From positions 1-40,313 of the forward strand of contig JAXMOL010000066.1 in the NCBI GenBank assembly GCA_034669905.1: a stretch of DNA of 40,313 nt, read 5' to 3'. This DNA comes from Candidatus Hydrogenedentota bacterium (GTDB taxonomy: Bacteria > Hydrogenedentota > Hydrogenedentia > Hydrogenedentales > JAEUWI01). The notes below the pieces were generated by a model, which worked only from the letters and a program-made list of their open reading frames with translations, was not told the DNA's origin and made no database searches. This document shows, piece after piece, positions 20,770-28,914 of the stretch. Each line of letters starts with the position of its first letter. Within the stretch, counting starts at the first letter, position 1. The position numbers were made by a program, and so were the translations under genes.

Positions 20770-20798
20770 ACCTTACTGGCTTGTGGGAATACTGTCAA
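20770..20798 (-). promoter_or_regulatory. Putative sigma70 promoter for paralog 1
   Basis: Minus strand TTGACA-17 nt-TAAGGT, about 85 nt upstream of ATG 20685 and just downstream of a terminator. Confidence 0.55.
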
Positions 20799-20833
20799 CC
20801 ATCTTGGCAGCAACTTCGGGACGTACAGACACC

Positions 20834-20870
20834 CAAAAGGGGCCCGGTTTCCTACGAAAACCGGACCCCT
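20834..20870 (-). terminator. Rho-independent terminator after paralog 2
   Basis: Minus strand AGGGGTCCGGTTTT-cgtagg-AAACCGGGCCCCT followed by TTTG. Confidence 0.75.
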
Positions 20871-20897
20871 GTCATCATGAGTTGCTATCGCTTAAGG

Positions 20898-22490
20898 TCA
20901 AGCCTTGCGGCCAGCAAAGCTCAAACCGAGCAGTGCGAGGGTCGCCAGACCTAAGAGGAAGATATCCCCGAAGTAGTGTTTCGCGGACTCAATCTTCGTC
21001 TGGAAACAACCCGGTGCTTCTCCTTCTCCTTCTCCTTCTCCTTCTCCTTCGCCTTCGCCTTCACCTTCGCCTTCACCTTCACCGGCAGCCGCCTGGGCAT
21101 TAAGCTCGCTCTGGCTGAGGAAGCCGTCTCCATTATCGTCGATGGCGTCAAACTCGGTCTGGGACAAGAAGCCCAGTGCTACAGAGGCCTCAACGAAAGA
21201 CAGCTGACCATCCAAATTCACATCCGCAGTATCGAAGACATCGATCAGATCCTGGGCAATATCCACCAACTCACCTTCACCTTCACCTTCACCTTCGCCT
21301 TCGCCTTCGCCTTCGCCTTCGCCTTCGCCTTCGCCTTCGCCTTCGCCTTCGCCTTCACCTTCACCTTCACCTTCACCTTCACCTTCACCTTCACCTTCAC
21401 CTTCGCCTTCGCCTTCACCTTCACCTTCGCCTTCGCCTTCGCCTTCACCTTCACCTTCACCTTCACCTTCGCCTTCGCCTTCACCGCCCATTCCCGGGAC
21501 CGCGGCATTCGTCCAGCCGATGTCTACCAAGGCACCGATTTCGAAGTCCGAATAGGCGCGACGAGTGACCGCAGGCGCGACGGCGTGCTCCATGACGGCA
21601 CCGCCTACGATGTTGCCCGTGTCCCAGTGAGAAAGGCTACTACCGTTCTCATAGGGATTCGGTGCGTAGATTCCGGGGCGATCACCATTCTGGTCATAGG
21701 CGCCCAGGGCGTTGACGCCCTCAAAAAACAGCGCCGTGCTGACAAGGTCGGCCTGGGACCCGGTGAACTCGGGGGGATTTCCCGTGAAGAGGTTTACGCC
21801 CACCGCGGTTTCCATCAGCGAATCCCAATTGCTGTAGATATTCGGGGCGATATCCGAACTACCCGTTGCATTGGAAAGGGAGAGGACTCCGAGGCCGTGG
21901 GTAATCTCATGCAGCAGGGTGGACTGCAGATCAAACTGCTCCCCCGCCGCATCTTCCGAAGAAACATTCCAGTTATACCCGAAATCCACCGTAATAAAAA
22001 TTTCCTCGGTCCCGGTGAAGGGCTTCGCGCCCGACATGAGACGGGTGTGGGCGATACCGTTGGTAAACTCGGTCGTGGAGGCAAAGAACGTGCCAGCCGT
22101 AGCCAGTGCGCCGGTACCATCGGCCTCCGAAACGGCTACCACTACATCCAGGGTTCCCGGCTGATTCAGTACATTGGCCACATAGCGGAAGGCATCTTCC
22201 AGACGGGCACGCCGGTTGGGCCCATCGATGAGGTCATCAAAGCCCTGGCTGTTGTCTTCAATAAGATCCTGGTAGTAGATGTTGAAGGTGGTCCCGTTTT
22301 CTATCACCACGGACTGGGGATCGCCTGCTGGAATGGCCTTGTTGGACAGGGTTACCGCCTCCACACTGTGGGCCGTAACCTTATAGATGACTTCCTGGGC
22401 CGGGCTGGTTCCCGGTGCGAGCGTCGCCAGGAGGAATGCGGCGCATCCCGCCACCACAACGCACTTGGCTTTCATTCGTCTAAAGAACAT
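20898..22490 (-). CDS. Secreted zinc metalloprotease-domain surface protein (paralog 2): protease-(GE)36-EF-hand pair-(GE)11-Cys/GD-TM tail
   Basis: GGGAGA RBS and signal peptide. [16 protein letters not shown] and AVMEH. EF-hand-like DVNLDGQLSFVE and DDNGDGFLSQSE. Tail PGCFQ...GDIFLLGLATLALLGLSFAGRKA. Confidence 0.9.
   Translation of the reverse strand: MFFRRMKAKCVVVAGCAAFLLATLAPGTSPAQEVIYKVTAHSVEAVTLSNKAIPAGDPQSVVIENGTTFNIYYQDLIEDNSQGFDDLIDGPNRRARLEDAFRYVANVLNQPGTLDVVVAVSEADGTGALATAGTFFASTTEFTNGIAHTRLMSGAKPFTGTEEIFITVDFGYNWNVSSEDAAGEQFDLQSTLLHEITHGLGVLSLSNATGSSDIAPNIYSNWDSLMETAVGVNLFTGNPPEFTGSQADLVSTALFFEGVNALGAYDQNGDRPGIYAPNPYENGSSLSHWDTGNIVGGAVMEHAVAPAVTRRAYSDFEIGALVDIGWTNAAVPGMGGEGEGEGEGEGEGEGEGEGEGEGEGEGEGEGEGEGEGEGEGEGEGEGEGEGEGEGEGEGEGEGEGEGEGEGELVDIAQDLIDVFDTADVNLDGQLSFVEASVALGFLSQTEFDAIDDNGDGFLSQSELNAQAAAGEGEGEGEGEGEGEGEGEGEGEAPGCFQTKIESAKHYFGDIFLLGLATLALLGLSFAGRKA
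21018..21083 (-). repeat. (GE)11 coding hexamer repeat
   Basis: Read directly; in frame. Confidence 0.95.
21270..21485 (-). repeat. (GE)36 coding hexamer microsatellite
   Basis: Read directly; in frame. Confidence 0.97.
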
Positions 22491-22577
22491 TGAATTCTCC
22501 CTGTTTAATGCGAGGCATGTACCGTAATACCGAAACGCCCTGTGGCGCTCCGACGTGCTTCACTCACTGTTGCTGAA

Positions 22578-23735
22578 CTACCTGATAGCGTTGCTCTTTC
22601 GCTGCCGGGGACGGCCCCAACAGGACGCAAAGAGCCCCGTAAGTACCATTAACACTACATCTCCGCCCGCAGAATGTGACGGGCCCGACCCAGATTTGGC
22701 CATGGCACACCCGGGCAATCCCGCCGTTGGCGCGCCGTCTATTCGATTATACCCGAGATCGATCAGCGTCCCCAGATCGACGTCCGCATATTCCCGCTGC
22801 GCTGTTCCTAATTGGATCGCGTGGGTCATCACCGAGGGACTCTGCAGAAAGTTCACGTCCCAGTGACTCATGCTGCTTCCGGGCTGATAGGGATTGGGGG
22901 CATGGACCGGGATGGGCGCATCGACGGTATACCACGCCCGGGCCTGGGGACCATTGAACCAGATATCGTCACTGGTCAAACTCGACACATTGGCCTGAAA
23001 TGCAGGCGGCGAGGTATTGCTGATAAGGGGCGTTCCGTCGACCCCATCGGTCAAGAATCGGTCGAAAATCGAGTACACATTGGGCGATACGGTGCTCGCT
23101 CCGGCGGTATCCACCAGGGACGTGAAACCGAGCCCATGGGTCATCTCGTGAAGCAGGACGCTGAAAAAATCTGCCGTGCCCGGCGCGGGATCACCCTCAC
23201 CCACGTTCCACGCATAGCCCACATCGACGGTAATTGATATTTCCGGGAAACCGATGAAGGGTTTGAAGCCCGTGTTTAACCGGCCCAGCGTGCTGCCCGG
23301 GTGAAACCCCGGTGTGGTGGGATAAAAGGTCCCCGCCGAAGCCAGTGCCCCGGTACCATCAAACTCGCTGGCCGTCACCTGCACATCCAGGGTTCGGTTG
23401 GTGTAGTTGATGGTATCGGCCACGTAAGCCAGCACCGCTTTCAACCGTTCGCGGACGGCACTCCCGGTGTCCGGATCGGTAAAGCCCACCCCCATATCCT
23501 CATAGGCGATATTGAAGGTTAGTCCAAAAGCCTGAAAGCGCTCGGAGAAACCGCTTTTTTCCGGGGCCCACGGCGTTTCTGTGACGTCATAGATGATGTT
23601 CTCGCCGTGGGGCTGCACCAATACGACGGCTTCGGAAGCCCCAACCAGGGGGGCGGTGAGCACCACAAAAGCGGCGAAGACGACACAAAGAGCGGTATGA
23701 CAGCGACGACGGGACAGACCACAAAACTCCCACAT
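22578..23735 (-). CDS. Secreted zinc metalloprotease-domain protein (paralog 3, minimal: protease plus Cys/GD-TM tail, no GE tract)
   Basis: GGGAGA RBS 8 nt before ATG 23735 and signal peptide. GTGALASAGTF, HEMTHGLGF, GSSMSHWD and SVMTH. Tail PGCAM...GGDVVLMVLTGLFASCWGRPRQRK. Confidence 0.88.
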   Translation of the reverse strand: MWEFCGLSRRRCHTALCVVFAAFVVLTAPLVGASEAVVLVQPHGENIIYDVTETPWAPEKSGFSERFQAFGLTFNIAYEDMGVGFTDPDTGSAVRERLKAVLAYVADTINYTNRTLDVQVTASEFDGTGALASAGTFYPTTPGFHPGSTLGRLNTGFKPFIGFPEISITVDVGYAWNVGEGDPAPGTADFFSVLLHEMTHGLGFTSLVDTAGASTVSPNVYSIFDRFLTDGVDGTPLISNTSPPAFQANVSSLTSDDIWFNGPQARAWYTVDAPIPVHAPNPYQPGSSMSHWDVNFLQSPSVMTHAIQLGTAQREYADVDLGTLIDLGYNRIDGAPTAGLPGCAMAKSGSGPSHSAGGDVVLMVLTGLFASCWGRPRQRKSNAIR

Positions 23736-23817
23736 CAACCATATCTCCCGTCATTTCTCGACGCTTCTTGCACGCTACCGGCTCTCGTGCCCATAGCACC
23801 CCAGCCTGAGGGACTCC

Positions 23818-23846
23818 AAATTAACGAATAATGACGAAAATGTCAA
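23818..23846 (-). promoter_or_regulatory. Putative sigma70 promoter for paralogs 3 and 2
   Basis: Minus strand TTGACA-17 nt-TAATTT in an AT-rich intergenic patch. Confidence 0.6.
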
Positions 23847-23897
23847 GTTTTTACCATTAATGAGAAGGTTTTGAGGTCGACCGAAGACCGAAATCGC

Positions 23898-26800
23898 TTA
23901 TGTATTTCGGCGGTAAGCGCCCCCGACCTGGAAGAGGGTTCGGGTGATTTGCCCCAATGAACAAACCCGTGTCGCGGCCATCAAGGCATCAAAGGTGTTT
24001 CCGCCTTCCCGACACACCTGCTTGAGATTCCGACAGGCCGCGGCTGCCTCCGCCTGATGACGAGATTGAAACGCGGCCAAGCGCCCGAGCTGGGTCCGTT
24101 GTTCCTCGTCCGTCCCCCGCCGCAGCTCCAGGGCCGCCATCGCAGCACGGTGATCCGCGTCGGGACGGAGAAAGGTGTTGACCCCCACGATAGGATAGGT
24201 CCCGTCACTCTTCTGGCGCTCATAGTGGAGGGACTCGTCCTGAATCTTGCCGCGCTGATAGCCCCGCTCCATCGCCCCCAACACCCCGCCCCGTTCGTTA
24301 AGCCGCTCGAACTCACAGAGCACCGCTTCCTCCACCAGGTCGGTCAATTCGGAAAGCAGATAGCTTCCCTGCATGGGATTCTCCGCCATCGACAGGCCGT
24401 GTTCCCGCTGAACGATGAGTTGGATAGCCACCGCGCGACGGACACTGTGGGCTGTGGGGGTGGTCACGGCCTCGTCGTAGGCATTGGTGTGCAAGGAATT
24501 ACATTGGTCATAGTAGGCAGTTAAGGCTTCGAGGGTGGTGCGAATATCATTAAAGTCGACTTCCTGGGCGTGGAGTGAACGACCACTCGTCTGAATGTGG
24601 GCCTTGAGTTTCTGTGAACGCGCGCTGGCCCCGTAGCGGTGCTTCATGGCGATGGCCCAGATCCGTCGGGCCACCCGGTTGAGTACCGCGTATTCGGGGT
24701 CCATACCGCAGGAAAAGAAGAAGGAGAGGTTGGGCGCGAAATCGTCGATGGCCATACCCCGGGTGAGATAGTGCTCCACGTAGGTAAATCCGTTGGCCAG
24801 GGTAAAGGCCAACTGGGTAATGGGATTGGCCCCGGCCTCGGCGATGTGATATCCCGAAATGGAAACTGAGTAGAAGTTACGCACGCCCTCGGCAATAAAC
24901 CATGCCTGAATATCGGCCATCATCCGCAGGGCAAAATCCACCGCAAAAATACAGGTATTCTGGCCCTGGTCTTCCTTGAGCACATCGGCCTGCACGGTAC
25001 CCCGCACCGTCTGTAGCACCTTCTGGCGTAGGGCGGCCACTTCAGACGGACTTGCGGCGCGCCGGTGCGTTGCCTCAAACTTCTCCACGGCCTGATCGAT
25101 GGCGGTGTTAAAGAAGAGGGCCAATACAGCAGGCGCCGGGCCATTGATGGTCATCGAAACCGAGGTATCGGGCGCGGCGAGGTCAAAGCCGGCGTAGAGT
25201 TGTTTCATGTCCTCGAGGGTACACACCGATACGCCGCTACTCCCGACTTTCCCGAGAATATCAGGTCGATCTTCCGGATCCCATCCATAGAGGGTGACGG
25301 AGTCGAAGGCGGTCGAGAGCCGTTTTGCCTTGCTGTCCTTCGCCAGCAGGTGAAACCGTTCATTGGTCCGACGGGCGTCCCCTTCCCCCGCAAACATGCG
25401 GGTCGGATCTTCGTCCGTTCTCCGAAAAGGGAAAACGCCGGCCGTAAAGGGAAACTGTCCGGGCACATTTTCCCGACGCAACCATGCGAGGCGAGCACCG
25501 GGGTCGTGGAGCGTAGGCAGGGCAACCCGGGGAATCGGGGAACCCGACAGGCTTTCCCCACGAAGTGATATGGTGTGGGTCTTGTTCCGAATCGTGTATT
25601 CCAGTGCCTCGCCCCGGTACGCAGCCAACAGGGCATCGCCTTCTTTCAGCGACACCGCGAGCCCTTCATCCACTTCGGTTTCCGCCGCAGTGGCACGAAG
25701 CTGCTCCGCCAGGTCTCCACCAACCGCGTCGGCTGCCGCTTCGAGGTGCCAACGGGTCCGCAGCCCCTTCCCCGCCGCCTCCGTTTCCCGATGGTAATCG
25801 CGCACCGTATCGGCCACGTCGGCCAGGTACCGACTGCGCTGGGGATGGATGGCCGCAGCGCAGGTCGCACTGAAGGGCTCCGGCGGTGGGTTGCGCGGCG
25901 ACTGCCACCCCGGCCCCAAATGACGTGCAGCAAACTGCCCGAGAATCTCCAGATACAGCGCTGTAATCCCCCGATCGTCAAAGCGGGATGCCGTCGTCCC
26001 GAAGACCGGCATCTGGTCAGGCGCCTCCTCGAAACGCACCTGGGCCCGCTGATACTGTTTGCGCACGTCCCGGAGGGCATCCTGGGAACCAGCCCGATCG
26101 AACTTATTGATGGCCACGAGATCCGCCTCGTCGAGCATGGCGATCTTTTCGAGTTGGGAGGCTGCCCCGAACTCTGCCGTCATGACATAAAGCGAGAGGT
26201 CCACGTAGTCGACGATCCCCGCATCGGCCTGACCCGTTCCAGCCGTCTCCACCACGATAAGGTCAAAGGCTGCCGCTTTCAGCACCTGAAGCATCTCACC
26301 CAGGGCACCGCCCGTATCCGCGCGATCACCTCGGGTGGCCACTGAACGCATAAAAACATCGGGATAGCTCGTCAGCACGTTCATTCGAATGCGGTCCCCC
26401 AGCAGGGCGCCGCCGGTCTTACGCCGGGTGGGGTCCACGGACAGGATGGCGATACGTTGGGCTGGAAAATCTTCCTTGAATCGCAGCACCACCTCGTCGG
26501 TCAGCGAGGACTTCCCCGCACCGCCCGTGCCCGTGATGCCCAGGATGGGCACCCTTCCTTCGGAATGGAGCCCCTCCAGATAGGTCGACAGGGCCCGGTC
26601 TTGTTGTGCTGCCGCCCATTCGACCGCACTCAGGGTGGTGCCCAAGGTACGAAACCGGGAAAGATCTGCAGCAGCATCCCACGCCCGCTTTTGGCGTTGC
26701 TTTTCCGTGCGCTCCAGCAAGTCGGCGATGAGGGCATCGAGTCCCAAGGTACGGCCATCTTCCGGGGTGTAGATCCGGTTGACCCCATAGGCCTCCAGGG

Positions 26801-27119
26801 CGTCTATCTCATCGGGTACGATAACCCCACCGCCACCGCCAAAGACCTGCACCTGCGATGCATGGAGCTGGCCCAAGCGATCCACCAGGAAACGGAAAAA
26901 CTCGTTGTGCCCCCCCTGGTAGGAACTGACCGCCACGGCGTCGGCATCTTCCTGGACCGCGGCCTGGACAATTTCCTCGACACTGCGGTTGTGTCCCAGA
27001 TGAATGACTTCTGCGCCCTGGGCCTGCAGGAGCCGCCGCATGATATTGATGGCCGCATCGTGCCCGTCAAAACGGGCCGTGGCGGTTACCAGACGGAGCG
27101 GCGGCTTTGGGGGGCTCAT
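23898..27119 (-). CDS. icmF: Fused isobutyryl-CoA mutase / MeaB-like GTPase chaperone (B12-dependent)
   Basis: N-terminal B12-binding FDGHDAAINIMRR..HLGHNRS..SSYQGGH. GTPase GITGTGGAGKSS, DPTRRKTGGALLGDRIRMN and NKFD. Mutase TRMFAGEG, RLSTAFDSVTLYG, GTVQADVLKEDQGQN and HIQTSGRSLHAQE. Confidence 0.95.
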   Translation of the reverse strand: MSPPKPPLRLVTATARFDGHDAAINIMRRLLQAQGAEVIHLGHNRSVEEIVQAAVQEDADAVAVSSYQGGHNEFFRFLVDRLGQLHASQVQVFGGGGGVIVPDEIDALEAYGVNRIYTPEDGRTLGLDALIADLLERTEKQRQKRAWDAAADLSRFRTLGTTLSAVEWAAAQQDRALSTYLEGLHSEGRVPILGITGTGGAGKSSLTDEVVLRFKEDFPAQRIAILSVDPTRRKTGGALLGDRIRMNVLTSYPDVFMRSVATRGDRADTGGALGEMLQVLKAAAFDLIVVETAGTGQADAGIVDYVDLSLYVMTAEFGAASQLEKIAMLDEADLVAINKFDRAGSQDALRDVRKQYQRAQVRFEEAPDQMPVFGTTASRFDDRGITALYLEILGQFAARHLGPGWQSPRNPPPEPFSATCAAAIHPQRSRYLADVADTVRDYHRETEAAGKGLRTRWHLEAAADAVGGDLAEQLRATAAETEVDEGLAVSLKEGDALLAAYRGEALEYTIRNKTHTISLRGESLSGSPIPRVALPTLHDPGARLAWLRRENVPGQFPFTAGVFPFRRTDEDPTRMFAGEGDARRTNERFHLLAKDSKAKRLSTAFDSVTLYGWDPEDRPDILGKVGSSGVSVCTLEDMKQLYAGFDLAAPDTSVSMTINGPAPAVLALFFNTAIDQAVEKFEATHRRAASPSEVAALRQKVLQTVRGTVQADVLKEDQGQNTCIFAVDFALRMMADIQAWFIAEGVRNFYSVSISGYHIAEAGANPITQLAFTLANGFTYVEHYLTRGMAIDDFAPNLSFFFSCGMDPEYAVLNRVARRIWAIAMKHRYGASARSQKLKAHIQTSGRSLHAQEVDFNDIRTTLEALTAYYDQCNSLHTNAYDEAVTTPTAHSVRRAVAIQLIVQREHGLSMAENPMQGSYLLSELTDLVEEAVLCEFERLNERGGVLGAMERGYQRGKIQDESLHYERQKSDGTYPIVGVNTFLRPDADHRAAMAALELRRGTDEEQRTQLGRLAAFQSRHQAEAAAACRNLKQVCREGGNTFDALMAATRVCSLGQITRTLFQVGGAYRRNT

Positions 27120-27178
27120 GAACAAGCCCTTGTCCACATTGGCGACGAGTCTTCCATAAGAATGGGACGCCCCTCCGA

Positions 27179-27838
27179 TTACGCTGGTTTCAGGTCGCGC
27201 AACAACAACTCGGTCTGCAAGATGATGTACTCTTCCAACGTAAAATGTTTACGCAAGTACCAGCGGCGAAAAGCCCACATCTGACCCTGAATCGTAATAT
27301 TGTGGGCCAGGAGTTGAATACCCTTTTCGGAGGTTTCCCGAAAGCAGCCTTCGTGTATTCCAAGGCGGATATAGGATTCAAAGTTGGCGGTGACCCGTTC
27401 CTCATTCTCCATGACCAGTGCGCGGGCTGCGGGCGAGAGGCAGGTCGTCTCCTGGTAAAAGAGGACGATGGCGTCTTGTCGGGCATCGCAATACCGAAAG
27501 TAGGTTTCGATGGCGCGCTGCAGAAAATCCCGTCGGGTCTCCCCGGGCCTTCCACCGTCGCTCAGCAACGCGGCAACCTCTTCATGAATCGCCCAGCAAA
27601 CAAGGCATAGAATATCGCTTTTGGACTTTACGAAATTATAGAGGGTGCCCACGGTCCAACCGGCTGCCTCGGCTATTTCCGGGGTCGTGGTTTCGTGATA
27701 TCCCTTTTCGATGAAGAGACGCACTGCCGCATCCACCAACTCATGACGAAGCCGAAGCACTTCGGCATCCGACTCGGGTTCCGAATCGGATTTCCATAAA
27801 GAATGGCGCACCGGTATGCGCGATTCACTTGTCATCAT
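27179..27838 (-). CDS. TetR/AcrR family transcriptional regulator
   Basis: LVDAAVRLFIEKGYHETTTPEIAEAAGWTVGTLYNFVKSKSDIL HTH and C-terminal GQMWAFRRW. Lies directly upstream of icmF. Confidence 0.92.
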   Translation of the reverse strand: MMTSESRIPVRHSLWKSDSEPESDAEVLRLRHELVDAAVRLFIEKGYHETTTPEIAEAAGWTVGTLYNFVKSKSDILCLVCWAIHEEVAALLSDGGRPGETRRDFLQRAIETYFRYCDARQDAIVLFYQETTCLSPAARALVMENEERVTANFESYIRLGIHEGCFRETSEKGIQLLAHNITIQGQMWAFRRWYLRKHFTLEEYIILQTELLLRDLKPA

Positions 27839-28061
27839 ACACGCTCTCCAGCCCGGACGGGCCTGCCCCCAGACACGCTCGATCGCACACATCATGCAAC
27901 ACTGCTGCCCCTTGGGGGCCTGTACCCCCGTTGCATAGTAACAGGGATGCCCGAAGACGTCAATGTGACGCAGGCACAGCGAACGCGCGGTTCACAGCGT
28001 CTTTAGAAGAGCGCTTCGAAGGGTGTCCACCCGGGAGCCCTGAGGCGTGCTATTGGGCGCA

Positions 28062-28841
28062 TCAGGGCATATCGGAGAAGGTGTAGAAACGAAGTCCAAG
28101 TTTTTTCCCGTGGGCGAGAACTTTTTCCAGCGTGTCGGGCTTGATGTGGTGGTGCTTACCCGATTCGGCAATACCATGGGCGTAGAGGGTGAGGATTTCG
28201 CCCTTCGCGGCGGCCCGCTCCATGGCTTCGAAAAGCTGGGCCAACTGCTCTTCCTTACCGGGATAGCCGATGCGGTCGATGCCCTTTCCGACCAGGAGAC
28301 CACGCTGGGCCATTTGGTCCACCGGGGTGAAGAGTACGTCCATCTGAGCGAGACGGTGCCCTTCTTTTACGCCTGTCCCCGTCCGCAAGTGCCGGAAGGT
28401 CTTGAGGAGCGCCTCATCGGTCGTTCCGTTGTTGTTGCTACTCGGGTAGGCGAAGGAAGTGGGTACAAAATCCGCCTGGGCCATTGCGGCAAGGGCGGGC
28501 GTGATTTCCTTGGCCAGGTATTCCTCGATGCCCTTGGATGCCGTATAGTCCGCGGCCTTGATATGGCGGAGTCCGTGGCACCCGATTTCATGTCCCGCGG
28601 CCTCGATTGTCTTAAGCCCCGCACGTTGCTCGGAAGAAAGCTTGTCAAAGCGGGTCACGAAGAATGTCGCGCGGGCCTCATATTGTTGCAAGAGCGGCAG
28701 GGCCTGCACCCATTGGGACACGTGGGTGTCATCAAAGGTGAGAAGGACACCGGCGTTGAGCGGTTTGTTTTCGGTGGCCGGGGCCGACAGGGTAAGCAAA
28801 GCAACCAGCAGGAAAGCAACCATCAGGAAGAAATACTTCAT
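28062..28841 (-). CDS. Secreted polysaccharide deacetylase (NodB/CE4-like)
   Basis: Signal peptide. LTFDD, ATFFVT, GHEIGCHGLRH, SFAYP and LYAHGI motifs. An alternative start at 28865 is possible. Confidence 0.88.
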   Translation of the reverse strand: MKYFFLMVAFLLVALLTLSAPATENKPLNAGVLLTFDDTHVSQWVQALPLLQQYEARATFFVTRFDKLSSEQRAGLKTIEAAGHEIGCHGLRHIKAADYTASKGIEEYLAKEITPALAAMAQADFVPTSFAYPSSNNNGTTDEALLKTFRHLRTGTGVKEGHRLAQMDVLFTPVDQMAQRGLLVGKGIDRIGYPGKEEQLAQLFEAMERAAAKGEILTLYAHGIAESGKHHHIKPDTLEKVLAHGKKLGLRFYTFSDMP

Positions 28842-28914
28842 CGGGGCGAGCCCTTTCTTTTTCATCGGTCAAATGGGGACTCGCCCCGTGCAATACGCTA
28901 CTACAAAAAACTAT

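Noticed and set aside
27840..28060. Cobalamin riboswitch upstream of tetR-icmF
   Set aside because: I could not find the B12-box or other conserved cobalamin riboswitch elements by eye. An Rfam scan would settle it.
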